From NCBI GenBank assembly GCA_030834985.1, contig JAUQWV010000006.1:76168-140167 (forward strand): a DNA stretch of 64,000 nt. The letters run 5' to 3'. Source of the DNA: Candidatus Dojkabacteria bacterium (lineage in GTDB: Bacteria > Patescibacteriota > Dojkabacteria > J137). The notes under the pieces were generated by a model. The model worked only from the letters and a program-made list of their open reading frames with translations. It was not told the origin of the DNA and searched no databases. Shown piece after piece: positions 31,962 through 40,843 of this stretch; the stretch's first letter is position 1; each line of letters starts with the position of its first letter. The translations under genes and the position numbers were made by a program.

Positions 31962-33224
31962 TTAGCTATTTCTTAAAACTTCTTTTGCTTTTTCTAATTG
32001 AGGATCAACTGCACGCTTAGCGTCGTCTTCTGTAAATTCTACTTCGAAGTCAGGGGTTACAGGATTTTCTGGATTGATGTTTCTACCGGATGGAGTTAAC
32101 CATTGCTGAAATACTAAAATCAACATACTATTGTCATCTAATGTCATAACTTGCTGCTCTACTCCTTTACCTACTGTCTTTTTACCAACAACTTTTGCTC
32201 TGTTGTTATCCTGAAAAGACGATGCAAGAATTTCGGATGCAGAAGCACTTCCTTCGTTAACTAACACCACAACTGGAACATTCTCAAACTTTCCTACTCT
32301 TGCATCAGTGTAATCATTTTTAGGCTTATTTTTTTGCTGTTCAGACATAACAATTTGACCATTTGATAAGAATTCTTCAAGTACATACCTAACAGAATAC
32401 ACATAGCCGCCAGGATTATTTCGTAAATCAAGTACTAATCCTTTTAAGTCTGGCTTCGCAGCTACCTCATTAACTATTTGGTCCCATTTTCGATTAAAGT
32501 CCTCTGTAGTTTTATCTAAGAATTGATAAATATTAATCTTATAAAGTCCATCCCCTACACTTCTGTAATCAATATTATCAAGCTCAATTTTTTGTCTTGT
32601 TACTGTATATTCAAAAAAGCCTTCAGTTGTATCTTTTCTAAATACTTTAACCTTAACTTCTGTACCACTTGGTCCACGCACTTTATTTGCAACAGCAGTA
32701 GGCAGCTGTCCAGTTACATCCTCGCCATCTACCTCTGCAATAATATCGCCTGTTTTAAGTCCTGCTTTTTGCGCTGGATAATTAGTCAAAACCGTTTCTA
32801 CTTCTGTATTTTCACCGTTAAACTTTAATGTAACTCCAATTCCTTCTATATTCGGATTTCTGGAATCTAAATAATCGCTTGCTTCTTCAGGTGTTAAAAA
32901 AGAATTATACTCATTACCTATTGCACCTAAAATGCCTTTTATAGCACCGTAAGTTAATTCTCTTTCACTAGGAATATCGCCGATGTAATTTTGCTCTATA
33001 ACTTTACTGACCTCGCTGAAAAACTCTTCATCTAAATCAGATGGAATTGCAGAAGTATTAGTTCCAAGCTGATTACCATTTTGATATGTAGGTAATGCAG
33101 AATTGCTGAACAATACACCTACACCAATTCCTAAAATCAATGCTAAAAAAACTAGGTAAGGAGTTGAATGGCTATTTATTTTAGGTGTATTTGAGTTAGT
33201 TTCCATCTCACTATTATAAATCAA
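31962..33224 (-). CDS. S41-family carboxyl-terminal protease with a PDZ domain
   Basis: TM anchor, GIGV, LDLRNNPGG, SASASE and TVGKG. The true start is probably the second Met (METNS). Confidence 0.93.
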   Translation of the reverse strand: MIYNSEMETNSNTPKINSHSTPYLVFLALILGIGVGVLFSNSALPTYQNGNQLGTNTSAIPSDLDEEFFSEVSKVIEQNYIGDIPSERELTYGAIKGILGAIGNEYNSFLTPEEASDYLDSRNPNIEGIGVTLKFNGENTEVETVLTNYPAQKAGLKTGDIIAEVDGEDVTGQLPTAVANKVRGPSGTEVKVKVFRKDTTEGFFEYTVTRQKIELDNIDYRSVGDGLYKINIYQFLDKTTEDFNRKWDQIVNEVAAKPDLKGLVLDLRNNPGGYVYSVRYVLEEFLSNGQIVMSEQQKNKPKNDYTDARVGKFENVPVVVLVNEGSASASEILASSFQDNNRAKVVGKKTVGKGVEQQVMTLDDNSMLILVFQQWLTPSGRNINPENPVTPDFEVEFTEDDAKRAVDPQLEKAKEVLRNS

Positions 33225-33244
33225 AATGTTTTAAAGACAATAAG

Positions 33245-33271
33245 AAAGCCCTCCGATTATCGGAGGGCTTT
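33245..33271 (-). terminator. Terminator after rpsF-ssb-rpsR
   Basis: Perfect inverted repeat AAAGCCCTCCGAT-T-ATCGGAGGGCTTT. Confidence 0.8.
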
Positions 33272-33293
33272 AAATTACTTTTTATTAGGCCTT

Positions 33294-33542
33294 TTACACG
33301 TATTGAGTATACGGCAATAGTGCAATATACCTTGCTCTTTTAATCGATAAAGAAAGCTTTCTTTGGCATTTAGGAGAAACTCCTGTTTTTTCTGGATGTA
33401 AAATTCTACCTCTAGTTGTAATGAATTTCTTTAAAGTCTGAATATCTTTGTAATCAATCTTTGAAGGGTCGTTATTAAATGGATCTGATAACTTCTGAGG
33501 TTTAATTATTCTTTTCTGTTTTTTCTTCTTAAAATTTGCCAT
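33294..33542 (-). CDS. rpsR: 30S ribosomal protein bS18
   Basis: IDYKD, RGRI, TG and IKRAR.IALLPY. Confidence 0.96.
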   Translation of the reverse strand: MANFKKKKQKRIIKPQKLSDPFNNDPSKIDYKDIQTLKKFITTRGRILHPEKTGVSPKCQRKLSLSIKRARYIALLPYTQYV

Positions 33543-33566
33543 ACCTTAAATTTATGTCTAAATTAA

Positions 33567-34058
33567 TTAAAATAAATCTTCACTTTTAAATTCATCATCA
33601 TTATTAGCAACTGGTGTAGTGTTTCTTTCAGAAGCATCAATATCTTCTTCAGAAACTTCTCTTGAAGGAAGCGATTTACCAGCTTCAACAGCAGCATCAA
33701 CTCCAATTCCTTTTTTCCCTTTGCTGTCAATTAAGATCATATCATTTAACTTAATTTCAGTTCTATAAATCTTTTTGCCGTCTGTTCCTTCTGTTACTCG
33801 AGTTCTTAGTTCACCTTCAACATAAACAAGCATTCCAATACTCAAAACCATAGCGCAAATCTCTGCTAGTTTGTTAAAAGCAATTAGATTATGATACTCT
33901 GCTTTTTCTTTCATATTGCCAGATTTATCTTTCCAGCTAGTATTTGTAGCAATACCAAAAGAGCAAACAGTTACATTATTAGAAGTTTCTCTAATAACTG
34001 GATTTCTAGTCAAATTTCCTATCAGCATTACCTTATTTAACGATCTTGCTTTTGACAT
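33567..34058 (-). CDS. ssb: Single-stranded DNA-binding protein
   Basis: SLNKVMLIGNLTR, VYVEGEL and an acidic tail ending EDLF. Confidence 0.95.
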   Translation of the reverse strand: MSKARSLNKVMLIGNLTRNPVIRETSNNVTVCSFGIATNTSWKDKSGNMKEKAEYHNLIAFNKLAEICAMVLSIGMLVYVEGELRTRVTEGTDGKKIYRTEIKLNDMILIDSKGKKGIGVDAAVEAGKSLPSREVSEEDIDASERNTTPVANNDDEFKSEDLF

Positions 34059-34087
34059 ATGTTTTCAGTAATAAATAAAAACTAAAA

Positions 34088-34369
34088 TTAGTCTTTTTTA
34101 ATTAATAATGCTCTTAAAACGTCAGGATTAAGTCTTAATTCTTTTCTAAATTCACTTGATTTAGCTGAGGATAGTTCTACATCGTAAAAGTAGTAGAAAC
34201 CTTCTTTAAATTTATTGATTGGATAGGCTAGCATTCTCTTGCCTAAGTTAGTGCTCAATTTAATATTTCCGCCTAAATCCTTTACATTTGATTCAACCTT
34301 AGGAAGAACCTTTTCTTTAATATCTTCTGTACTAAGTGGCTTTAACACTAATGCTAATTCGTACTTCAT
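34088..34369 (-). CDS. rpsF: 30S ribosomal protein bS6
   Basis: MKYEL, GKRMLAYPI, GFY and VLR. Confidence 0.95.
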   Translation of the reverse strand: MKYELALVLKPLSTEDIKEKVLPKVESNVKDLGGNIKLSTNLGKRMLAYPINKFKEGFYYFYDVELSSAKSSEFRKELRLNPDVLRALLIKKD

Positions 34370-34457
34370 ACTAAATTTTCTATATAAATTAATCTATGTA
34401 CCATTAAAAATAGTCTAGAGATTATACAACATGTGCTAAAGAGTTTAAATAGGCAGG

Positions 34458-35063
34458 CTAAAAATTTATTCTACTTTTCATAGAATCAATTATTGTCTGA
34501 CTTGATAAGTACTCTAAATCTCCTCCTACTGGAATACCTTTAGCTAGCCTGGTAACCGAGATGTCATCCCGAACACCATCTATCTGGTCTTTAAGATATA
34601 AACAGGTCGAATCTCCTTCCAAATTAGGATTAAGGCCAAGAATAACCTCTTTAACCATAGGGTCTTCTACTCTTTTTATAAGTGAGGTCATATTAATATC
34701 ATCTGGTCCAATACCATTAATGGGCGAAATTACTCCTCCTAGAACATGATACACACCTTTATATTCTTTGGCTGACTCAATATTAATAAGGTCTAAGGAA
34801 TCTTCTATAACTAATACAATAGACTTATCTCTTTTATCATCTGCACAAATTGAGCAAATATCTTCGTTAGTAACATTTCCGCATATGTTACATTTAGAAA
34901 TATTGTTTACTACTTCCTCTAAAGAAAAGCTTAGTTTTTTAGCTAAATCTTTTGCGCTTACAGCAAGATATAAAGCTATACGTGCAGAAAGCTTAGGCCC
35001 TACATTAGGAAGGCTGCTGAAAGCATCTGATAGCTCAATTATCTCCTTAGGTAAATTGGCCAT
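34458..35063 (-). CDS. recR: Recombination mediator RecR
   Basis: LPNVGPK, CNIC..CSIC, YHVLGG.ISP.NGIGP and TRLAKG. Confidence 0.96.
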   Translation of the reverse strand: MANLPKEIIELSDAFSSLPNVGPKLSARIALYLAVSAKDLAKKLSFSLEEVVNNISKCNICGNVTNEDICSICADDKRDKSIVLVIEDSLDLINIESAKEYKGVYHVLGGVISPINGIGPDDINMTSLIKRVEDPMVKEVILGLNPNLEGDSTCLYLKDQIDGVRDDISVTRLAKGIPVGGDLEYLSSQTIIDSMKSRINF

Positions 35064-35066
35064 ATA

Positions 35067-35381
35067 TTAACCTAACATTCCTTTAAGATCATCCAAACTT
35101 GTATTAGCAGCCATCTCTTTTTGAAGTTGGTCTTTAGCATCATCTACTGCTTTTTTTGTGTCAAAAGCAACAGCTTCAACAAGTTTTCTTAGTGTATCTG
35201 CAGGAACTGAAGGAAACTTTTGACTTAAAGCTTCGTAGTCAGGTTCAATTTCTACAATTGAATAGACTCCATCTATAATTAATGCGATTGTACCGTGCTT
35301 TCCTACTGCTTTAATAGCTTTCATCTGATTCTGCATTTTCCTAGCTTTCATAGCTAACTTTGGTAAATCTAAAACTCCCAT
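35067..35381 (-). CDS. YbaB/EbfC-family nucleoid-associated protein
   Basis: KARKMQNQM helix, matching size, and position between dnaX and recR. Confidence 0.75.
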   Translation of the reverse strand: MGVLDLPKLAMKARKMQNQMKAIKAVGKHGTIALIIDGVYSIVEIEPDYEALSQKFPSVPADTLRKLVEAVAFDTKKAVDDAKDQLQKEMAANTSLDDLKGMLG

Positions 35382-35399
35382 AATAATATTTATAAAAAC

Positions 35400-36893
35400 T
35401 TAAAATAATTCCTCTACTAAGCTGGAATTGTCTTGTGATCTATCTAATTTCTTTTTAGACTCTACTATTTTATCACTATTTGGTTTTTCAGGGCTTTCTT
35501 TTTTAGTAGCTGCAGGTACAACATCTGAGATTATTGAAAAAGAAAGCCCTAACTTTTTACCATATACACTTTCAGCTGCATTCATAAATATATCTCTAGC
35601 TTCTTTTTTAGACATATATGCAATATTAAACTTATAGGGATTCCCTATTTTTATTTCACTAGTTTCAATTTCAATCTTCGACGTATTAATTATCCCTTTT
35701 AACCTTGGCAATACCCCTTCTGATAATTCTATAAGTTTAGAAATAAAGGATGATATCTCTGCAGGTTTTAACTCTACTATTTTTGAAGGTTCCGCACTTG
35801 CAGATTTAGAGGTTTCTTTAGTACTAACTACTTGTGTGATTATCGTTTCTGTTGATGTGATTGTTTTAGCTTCTTTAGAGAAGTATTTCAAAAATTCTAA
35901 GTTTATTACAGTAAGTTTATCGTTAAAATCTCTAACATCGCTTTTTAAGCCTATAATTAAATTAGCTAAGTCTAATAATTTATTATTCAGTAAGCCTTTT
36001 TTTGAATCTTCTACAAGTCTTTCACTCATAACTTGTAATATCTGTTCTAAAAAGTTCACTACATTTCCGTCGTTATCGGAAATACTTTTTAAAGAAGCTG
36101 TAATTGCATTTAAATCCTCTTTTTGGAAGTACTCTATAAATTCTTCTACTAATTTAAGATCCGAAATGCCAAGAGCATTTAAAACATCCTCTGTTGTAAT
36201 TTCATTATCGGCGGAAGTTAAAATAATCTTTGTTAATAAACTTTCAGAATCTCTAAAACTTCCGCCTGAAGCCTTATATATTAGCTTTAATCCATCAGTA
36301 TCAATCTTATACCCCTCTGCTTTAGTAATTTTACTAAGCTTTTTTATAACTTCTTTTTCAGTGCCGAGCTTAAAATCAAATCGGGTAACCCTAGATAAGA
36401 TAGTAACAGGAAGTTTATGCGCTTCTGTAGTAGCCATAATAAATACTATATGTTCTGGCGGCTCCTCTAGTGTTTTTAAGAGGGCATTAAAAGCCTCTTT
36501 TGTGAGCATGTGAGCTTCATCAATTATGTATATCTTTTTAGCTAAGAAGTTAGGTACAAAATTAACGGTATCTCGTACTGCTCTGATTTCTTCAATTCCT
36601 CTATTTGAAGCCGCATCCATCTCAATTACGTCAACACTACTGTTGTTTATAGCTGTACAATATTCACATTCATTACAAATATCGCCTGTTTTTTGAAAAT
36701 TTTTACAGTTAACTGCTTTAGCCATAATCCTAGCAATTGTAGTTTTGCCGCACCCTCTTGGGCCACAAAATAGATATGCGTGTGATACCTTACCCTGTAA
36801 AATTGATTCTTTAAGAATAGGAACAACATGCTCCTGCCCTTCAACTTCTGAAAAATTTATTGGTCTATATTTTCGATACAAAACTTCAGCCAT
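35400..36893 (-). CDS. dnaX: DNA polymerase III subunit gamma/tau
   Basis: LYRKYRP, GPRGCGKTT, DAASNRG, IDEAHML and LLKTLEEPP. Confidence 0.97.
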   Translation of the reverse strand: MAEVLYRKYRPINFSEVEGQEHVVPILKESILQGKVSHAYLFCGPRGCGKTTIARIMAKAVNCKNFQKTGDICNECEYCTAINNSSVDVIEMDAASNRGIEEIRAVRDTVNFVPNFLAKKIYIIDEAHMLTKEAFNALLKTLEEPPEHIVFIMATTEAHKLPVTILSRVTRFDFKLGTEKEVIKKLSKITKAEGYKIDTDGLKLIYKASGGSFRDSESLLTKIILTSADNEITTEDVLNALGISDLKLVEEFIEYFQKEDLNAITASLKSISDNDGNVVNFLEQILQVMSERLVEDSKKGLLNNKLLDLANLIIGLKSDVRDFNDKLTVINLEFLKYFSKEAKTITSTETIITQVVSTKETSKSASAEPSKIVELKPAEISSFISKLIELSEGVLPRLKGIINTSKIEIETSEIKIGNPYKFNIAYMSKKEARDIFMNAAESVYGKKLGLSFSIISDVVPAATKKESPEKPNSDKIVESKKKLDRSQDNSSLVEELF

Positions 36894-36930
36894 ATAAAAA
36901 CTTTAATTTATACTCTCAAGTATACTACAC

Positions 36931-36960
36931 AAAAAGAGGTCCCGGCCTTTCGGCCGGGAC
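36931..36960 (-). terminator. Intrinsic terminator after rpsU
   Basis: Minus strand GTCCCGGCC-GAAA-GGCCGGGAC followed by CTCTTTTT. Confidence 0.85.
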
Positions 36961-36985
36961 TAAAATTCTATTACAATATCACTTA

Positions 36986-37192
36986 TTATTGTGCTTTCTG
37001 TTTTCTTTTTGCTTGTCTTCGTCTTTTCTTTGTTTTTGCCCAAACTTTAGTTTTTTGATGTTTGGTATATGTTTTTGGCACATAGTATCTCTTCTCTTCA
37101 AGTTTTTCCATCACGCCTTCTCTAGTAGCTTCTCGCCATAAAAGTCTCAACGCTAAGTCCAAAGACATCTCATCATGTACAACAACTGACAT
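36986..37192 (-). CDS. rpsU: 30S ribosomal protein bS21
   Basis: SLDLALR, G...L.EKRYYVPK and a basic C-terminal helix; 68 aa. Confidence 0.85.
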   Translation of the reverse strand: MSVVVHDEMSLDLALRLLWREATREGVMEKLEEKRYYVPKTYTKHQKTKVWAKTKKRRRQAKRKQKAQ

Positions 37193-37199
37193 TTACATT

Positions 37200-37208
37200 A
37201 CCTCCTTA
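37200..37208 (-). promoter_or_regulatory. Strong Shine-Dalgarno sequence of rpsU
   Basis: TAAGGAGGT lies 7 nt upstream of the rpsU ATG. Confidence 0.9.
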
Positions 37209-37269
37209 TAAAAATACAAAATTAATAAGCAATGGGATTTTATCAAAAATAGCTAAATTTGAAAACTAT

Positions 37270-38439
37270 TTATCTGCCAAGTACACTTCTAAAGAAATCT
37301 CCTATTGAAGTAATCCAATTTAATTGAATAATATCTTTTAGAGTAACTAGAAGTCCTAGCCCCATTAATAACGCAAAACCAATAAAATTCACCCTATTTA
37401 AAAAGCTATCACTAAACTTTTTACGTCTAATCCGTTCAATAACCGCAAATAAAAGTTGGCCGCCATCAAGTGCAGGGAAAGGTAAAACGTTAAACATAGC
37501 TAAGTTTACGCTAAATAACGCAGTTAAAGGAACTAAAACTTCAAATGCTTTAAATTCAACTAGCTGGCCAACTTGGTTACCTATTGCAGGTAAGCCCCCA
37601 ACGCTATTAGATACCTCTTGATAATCACCGGTACTTAAAGCATCACCAATAAGCCCTCCTAATGCCTTAAATTGATAAATAAAAGCATCATAAGTCATTG
37701 ATACTCCACTTAATAATGTCTCATTATATTTTATAAAATATGTAGTTCTACCACTTTGTGAATCATAAGGAACTAAACCCACCTTTAATATTGAACCATC
37801 TTCATTTTCAGTACTAATTGGAATGTTTCTTTTAGATATCTCAAAGTTATCAAAATTTATAAACATAAATTCTGCTGTAGTATTTTGATTATCTTTAAGA
37901 AATTGTAAGAATTCATCCATGCTATCAAATACAAAGTTATTTACACCAACAATAGCTTCACCTTCTTCAAATTTTCCTACCGAAGGTCCTTCAGGATCAA
38001 CAAAACTTACTATCAAAGGGAAATATGCCTGTTCTGACTGCGTATTAGTAAATTGGTATTCTACAATTTTTGGGATTGCAAACCTATAACCGTTATTATT
38101 TAAATAAATACCTAGCAGGAAAACTGATAACAGAAGATTCATAAACACTCCGGCCAGCAAAACAAGTGCTTTTACACGTAGTTTTTGATTTCTAAAGCCT
38201 CTTGGTGAATTTGAATCTTCCTCTCCTTCTAACTGAACATATCCTCCTATAGGTAACAAATTCAATTTATAATGAGTACCTTTATATTGCTTCTTAAATA
38301 TCTTTGGCCCAAAGCCAATTGCAAATTCTTTTACATCAACTTTAGCTAACTTAGCCGTAATAAAATGACCAAACTCATGAGCAAATACAAGAATTCCTAT
38401 AATGATTAATAAGATTATTAAAGTTAGAAGGAAAGTCAT
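37270..38439 (-). CDS. rseP: Site-2 protease RseP (M50 family)
   Basis: HEFGH, FAIGFG, PIGGYV and NVLPFPALDGG. Confidence 0.93.
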   Translation of the reverse strand: MTFLLTLIILLIIIGILVFAHEFGHFITAKLAKVDVKEFAIGFGPKIFKKQYKGTHYKLNLLPIGGYVQLEGEEDSNSPRGFRNQKLRVKALVLLAGVFMNLLLSVFLLGIYLNNNGYRFAIPKIVEYQFTNTQSEQAYFPLIVSFVDPEGPSVGKFEEGEAIVGVNNFVFDSMDEFLQFLKDNQNTTAEFMFINFDNFEISKRNIPISTENEDGSILKVGLVPYDSQSGRTTYFIKYNETLLSGVSMTYDAFIYQFKALGGLIGDALSTGDYQEVSNSVGGLPAIGNQVGQLVEFKAFEVLVPLTALFSVNLAMFNVLPFPALDGGQLLFAVIERIRRKKFSDSFLNRVNFIGFALLMGLGLLVTLKDIIQLNWITSIGDFFRSVLGR

Positions 38440-38444
38440 AGAGT

Positions 38445-38993
38445 TTATATAGTCATTAGTTCTTGTTTTTTATCTTTTGCAATTTGCTCAAATTGCTCTT
38501 CATATTCTTTTAAGATCTCTTGTATTTTCTCGTAGCTTCTTTCTTGGTCGTCCTCTGAAACTTTATCTAGTGCTTTAACTTCAGCATTGTAGTTTCTTCG
38601 AACTTCTCTTGCTCTAGTTAGATATTCATTTAAAAGTCTTGGAATAATTTTATCGGCTTTATCTTTTCGGTCTTCTTCTGTTAATGGAGTAAAATTTACT
38701 CGAACAATGTTACCTTCTTGTGATATTCTTGCACCCAATTCTGTCTTTTCTAAAGCCTCTACTACACTTTCTATATTATTTTTATCCCATATTTCAAGCT
38801 TAACAGACATGGGACCATCAGCAATAACTTTCGCTACTGCCGTTAGTCCCATTAATGTTCCATACGATACTACTTGAATTTTTTGAAAGATTCCTATGTT
38901 TGCCTTTCCGGTTCTAATTTTAGAAAGCTCTTCGCTAAATTTTCCTAAAATTTCTTCTAGCTCTAATCTATACGAGTCTTCATCAAATAACAT
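38445..38993 (-). CDS. frr: Ribosome recycling factor
   Basis: IRTGKAN, YG, PLTEEDRK and SEDD. Confidence 0.92.
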   Translation of the reverse strand: MLFDEDSYRLELEEILGKFSEELSKIRTGKANIGIFQKIQVVSYGTLMGLTAVAKVIADGPMSVKLEIWDKNNIESVVEALEKTELGARISQEGNIVRVNFTPLTEEDRKDKADKIIPRLLNEYLTRAREVRRNYNAEVKALDKVSEDDQERSYEKIQEILKEYEEQFEQIAKDKKQELMTI

Positions 38994-39010
38994 AGGTATT
39001 GTGTTAAGAA

Positions 39011-39640
39011 TTATTCTGCAGATTCTTCATCTGTAGCAGCTACATTATACACCACTGATTCACCAACTTGGAATTTATAAAATTGAGTAATTTCAATTTT
39101 TTCTCCAATTTTAGCTACCATTTCATTAAGATAATCCTCTACAGTTTTTGATTCATCTGTGAATAACTGTTGTTTTAACAATACAACTTCTTTATAAAAT
39201 TTCTCTAATTTACCATCAATAATTGTTTTTCTTATATCTGCTGGTTTGCTGTCTAAGCCTTCCTCTGCAGCTTTAAGTTCAGTGGCTAATGTATCTTTAT
39301 CAATTGACTCAACTGAGATATATTTTGGCCCAACAGCTGTAATATGAATAGCTAAGTCGTTAGCAAATTGAATCATAGATTCACTCTTTGCAGCAAAGTC
39401 AGTCTCACAAGCAACTTCTACTACCACTACAATTTTCTTATTGGAGTGAATATAAGTACCTAAAATACCATGCTCTGCAACTTTACCTTTTCTTTTGCTA
39501 GCTTTAGCTAATCCTTTTTCTCTTAGATATTTAATTGCTTCATTAGTATCTCCGTTAGAAGCTTCTAATGCTTCTCTAACGGCGTTTACACCTGCACCTG
39601 TTGAATTCCTTAGTTCTTTTATTTGTTCAATTGTTATCAT
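39011..39640 (-). CDS. tsf: Elongation factor Ts (short form)
   Basis: IKELRNSTGAG, LREKG and CETDFAA. Confidence 0.96.
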   Translation of the reverse strand: MITIEQIKELRNSTGAGVNAVREALEASNGDTNEAIKYLREKGLAKASKRKGKVAEHGILGTYIHSNKKIVVVVEVACETDFAAKSESMIQFANDLAIHITAVGPKYISVESIDKDTLATELKAAEEGLDSKPADIRKTIIDGKLEKFYKEVVLLKQQLFTDESKTVEDYLNEMVAKIGEKIEITQFYKFQVGESVVYNVAATDEESAE

Positions 39641-39666
39641 AATTTTATTTTAAAAAATAAATTTTA

Positions 39667-40746
39667 TTATTTTTTCTTGGCTTTAGTAGTACTTGCTGTT
39701 TTTTTAGTTACCTTTTTAGCTACTTTTTTAGTTTTAGTTGTACTATCTTTTTTTGTACTTTTTTCTGTACTGCTTGATTTTGGTTTAACTTCAGTCTTTT
39801 TAGCTTTAGCTGCCTTTTCTTTAGCGATCTCAAGCATTCCTTTTACTTTAGTTTTTCTTCCTGTTCTTTTTGGCTTTTCTTCTTTTACCATAGGTGATGA
39901 AGTATTACTTTGACCTTCAACACCTTTTACTTCTTCAAACTCTTTAGCTTCATCTTCTTCCTTTTTAGTGATTTTAATCTCTACTTTACTATAATCAACA
40001 AGATTGTGTTTAATTCCATTTCCTTTATTTCCAGCAAGAACGGCATCTGCTAAAGTCTTTAAGATTAATCTAATTGAACCGATTGCATCATCATTTCCAG
40101 GTATTATATAATCTGCTGTATCTGGATCACAATTAGTATCAATTAAAGCTACCACAGGTACTCCGATTTTTCTAGCTTCTCTAACTGCTGCTTTTTCGTA
40201 TCTAGTGTCTACAATTACTACTGCAGTTGGTTTAGAATTTAAGCTTTTAATTCCTTCATAAAGACGATTTAATCTTTCCCATTCCTTTTTCATTACAGAA
40301 ACTTCATACTTTGTTCTTCCTTGAATTCCTTCTTCAAAAGATTTCTCTAGACTGTCTAATTTAGCTAAACTTTTTTTAACTACATTAAAGTTAGTTAATA
40401 AGCCTCCTGCCCATCTGCTTGAAATAAAGTAAGCTCCAGCTCTAATAGCTTCTTCTTTAACAATATCAGAAGCTTGTCTTTTAGTACCTACAAAGATTAC
40501 ATTTCCTTTAGAAGCTGCATCAGCTAAAAAATTGACTGCATCAGTAAGCTTTTGCTCTGTCTGATGAATATCAATAATATGAATGCTGTTTTTTGAAGTG
40601 TAGATGTATTTAGACATCTTAGGATTCCATCTTTGAGACTCGTGTCCAAATTGAACCCCTACTTCTAATAATTCTTTTACTGTAGGAACAGCAACTTGAG
40701 CAGTAGATTTAAGCTCTCCACTAGGAGCAGTTTGTGTATCTTCCAT
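39667..40746 (-). CDS. rpsB: 30S ribosomal protein uS2 with a Lys-rich C-terminal tail
   Basis: GVQFGH, WNPKM, FVGTK, GGLLTN, DTNCDP and PGNDD. Confidence 0.97.
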   Translation of the reverse strand: MEDTQTAPSGELKSTAQVAVPTVKELLEVGVQFGHESQRWNPKMSKYIYTSKNSIHIIDIHQTEQKLTDAVNFLADAASKGNVIFVGTKRQASDIVKEEAIRAGAYFISSRWAGGLLTNFNVVKKSLAKLDSLEKSFEEGIQGRTKYEVSVMKKEWERLNRLYEGIKSLNSKPTAVVIVDTRYEKAAVREARKIGVPVVALIDTNCDPDTADYIIPGNDDAIGSIRLILKTLADAVLAGNKGNGIKHNLVDYSKVEIKITKKEEDEAKEFEEVKGVEGQSNTSSPMVKEEKPKRTGRKTKVKGMLEIAKEKAAKAKKTEVKPKSSSTEKSTKKDSTTKTKKVAKKVTKKTASTTKAKKK

Positions 40747-40764
40747 TTTATATTCCTTTAAAAA

Positions 40765-40815
40765 TTAAACTTCCGCAGATTCAGGTTACCCCAAGGAAAA
40801 TAATCTGCGTGTTGG
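40765..40815 (-). promoter_or_regulatory. rpsB leader (t44/S2-autoregulatory-like RNA structure)
   Basis: Minus strand CAACACGCAGATT..GGGGTAACC..AATCTGCGGAAG has an 8-bp CGCAGATT/AATCTGCG stem with ACAC and GGAAG flanks, just upstream of rpsB. Confidence 0.6.
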
Positions 40816-40843
40816 ATTAATAAACGTAAGTATTATAACACAA

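Noticed and set aside
35480-35610. A-runs in dnaX as a possible programmed -1 frameshift site
   Set aside because: The runs are not in the A-AAA-AAG register, I saw no stimulatory hairpin, and A-runs are common in this AT-rich DNA.
35836-36513. 225-aa plus-strand ORF
   Set aside because: It lies entirely antisense to dnaX and has the Ser/Phe/Ile-rich composition of a shadow ORF.
36931-36960. GC-rich GAAA-tetraloop hairpin upstream of dnaX, considered as SRP RNA
   Set aside because: It is only a 9-bp stem without the SRP internal-loop motifs and is followed by a U-tract. It fits the rpsU terminator.
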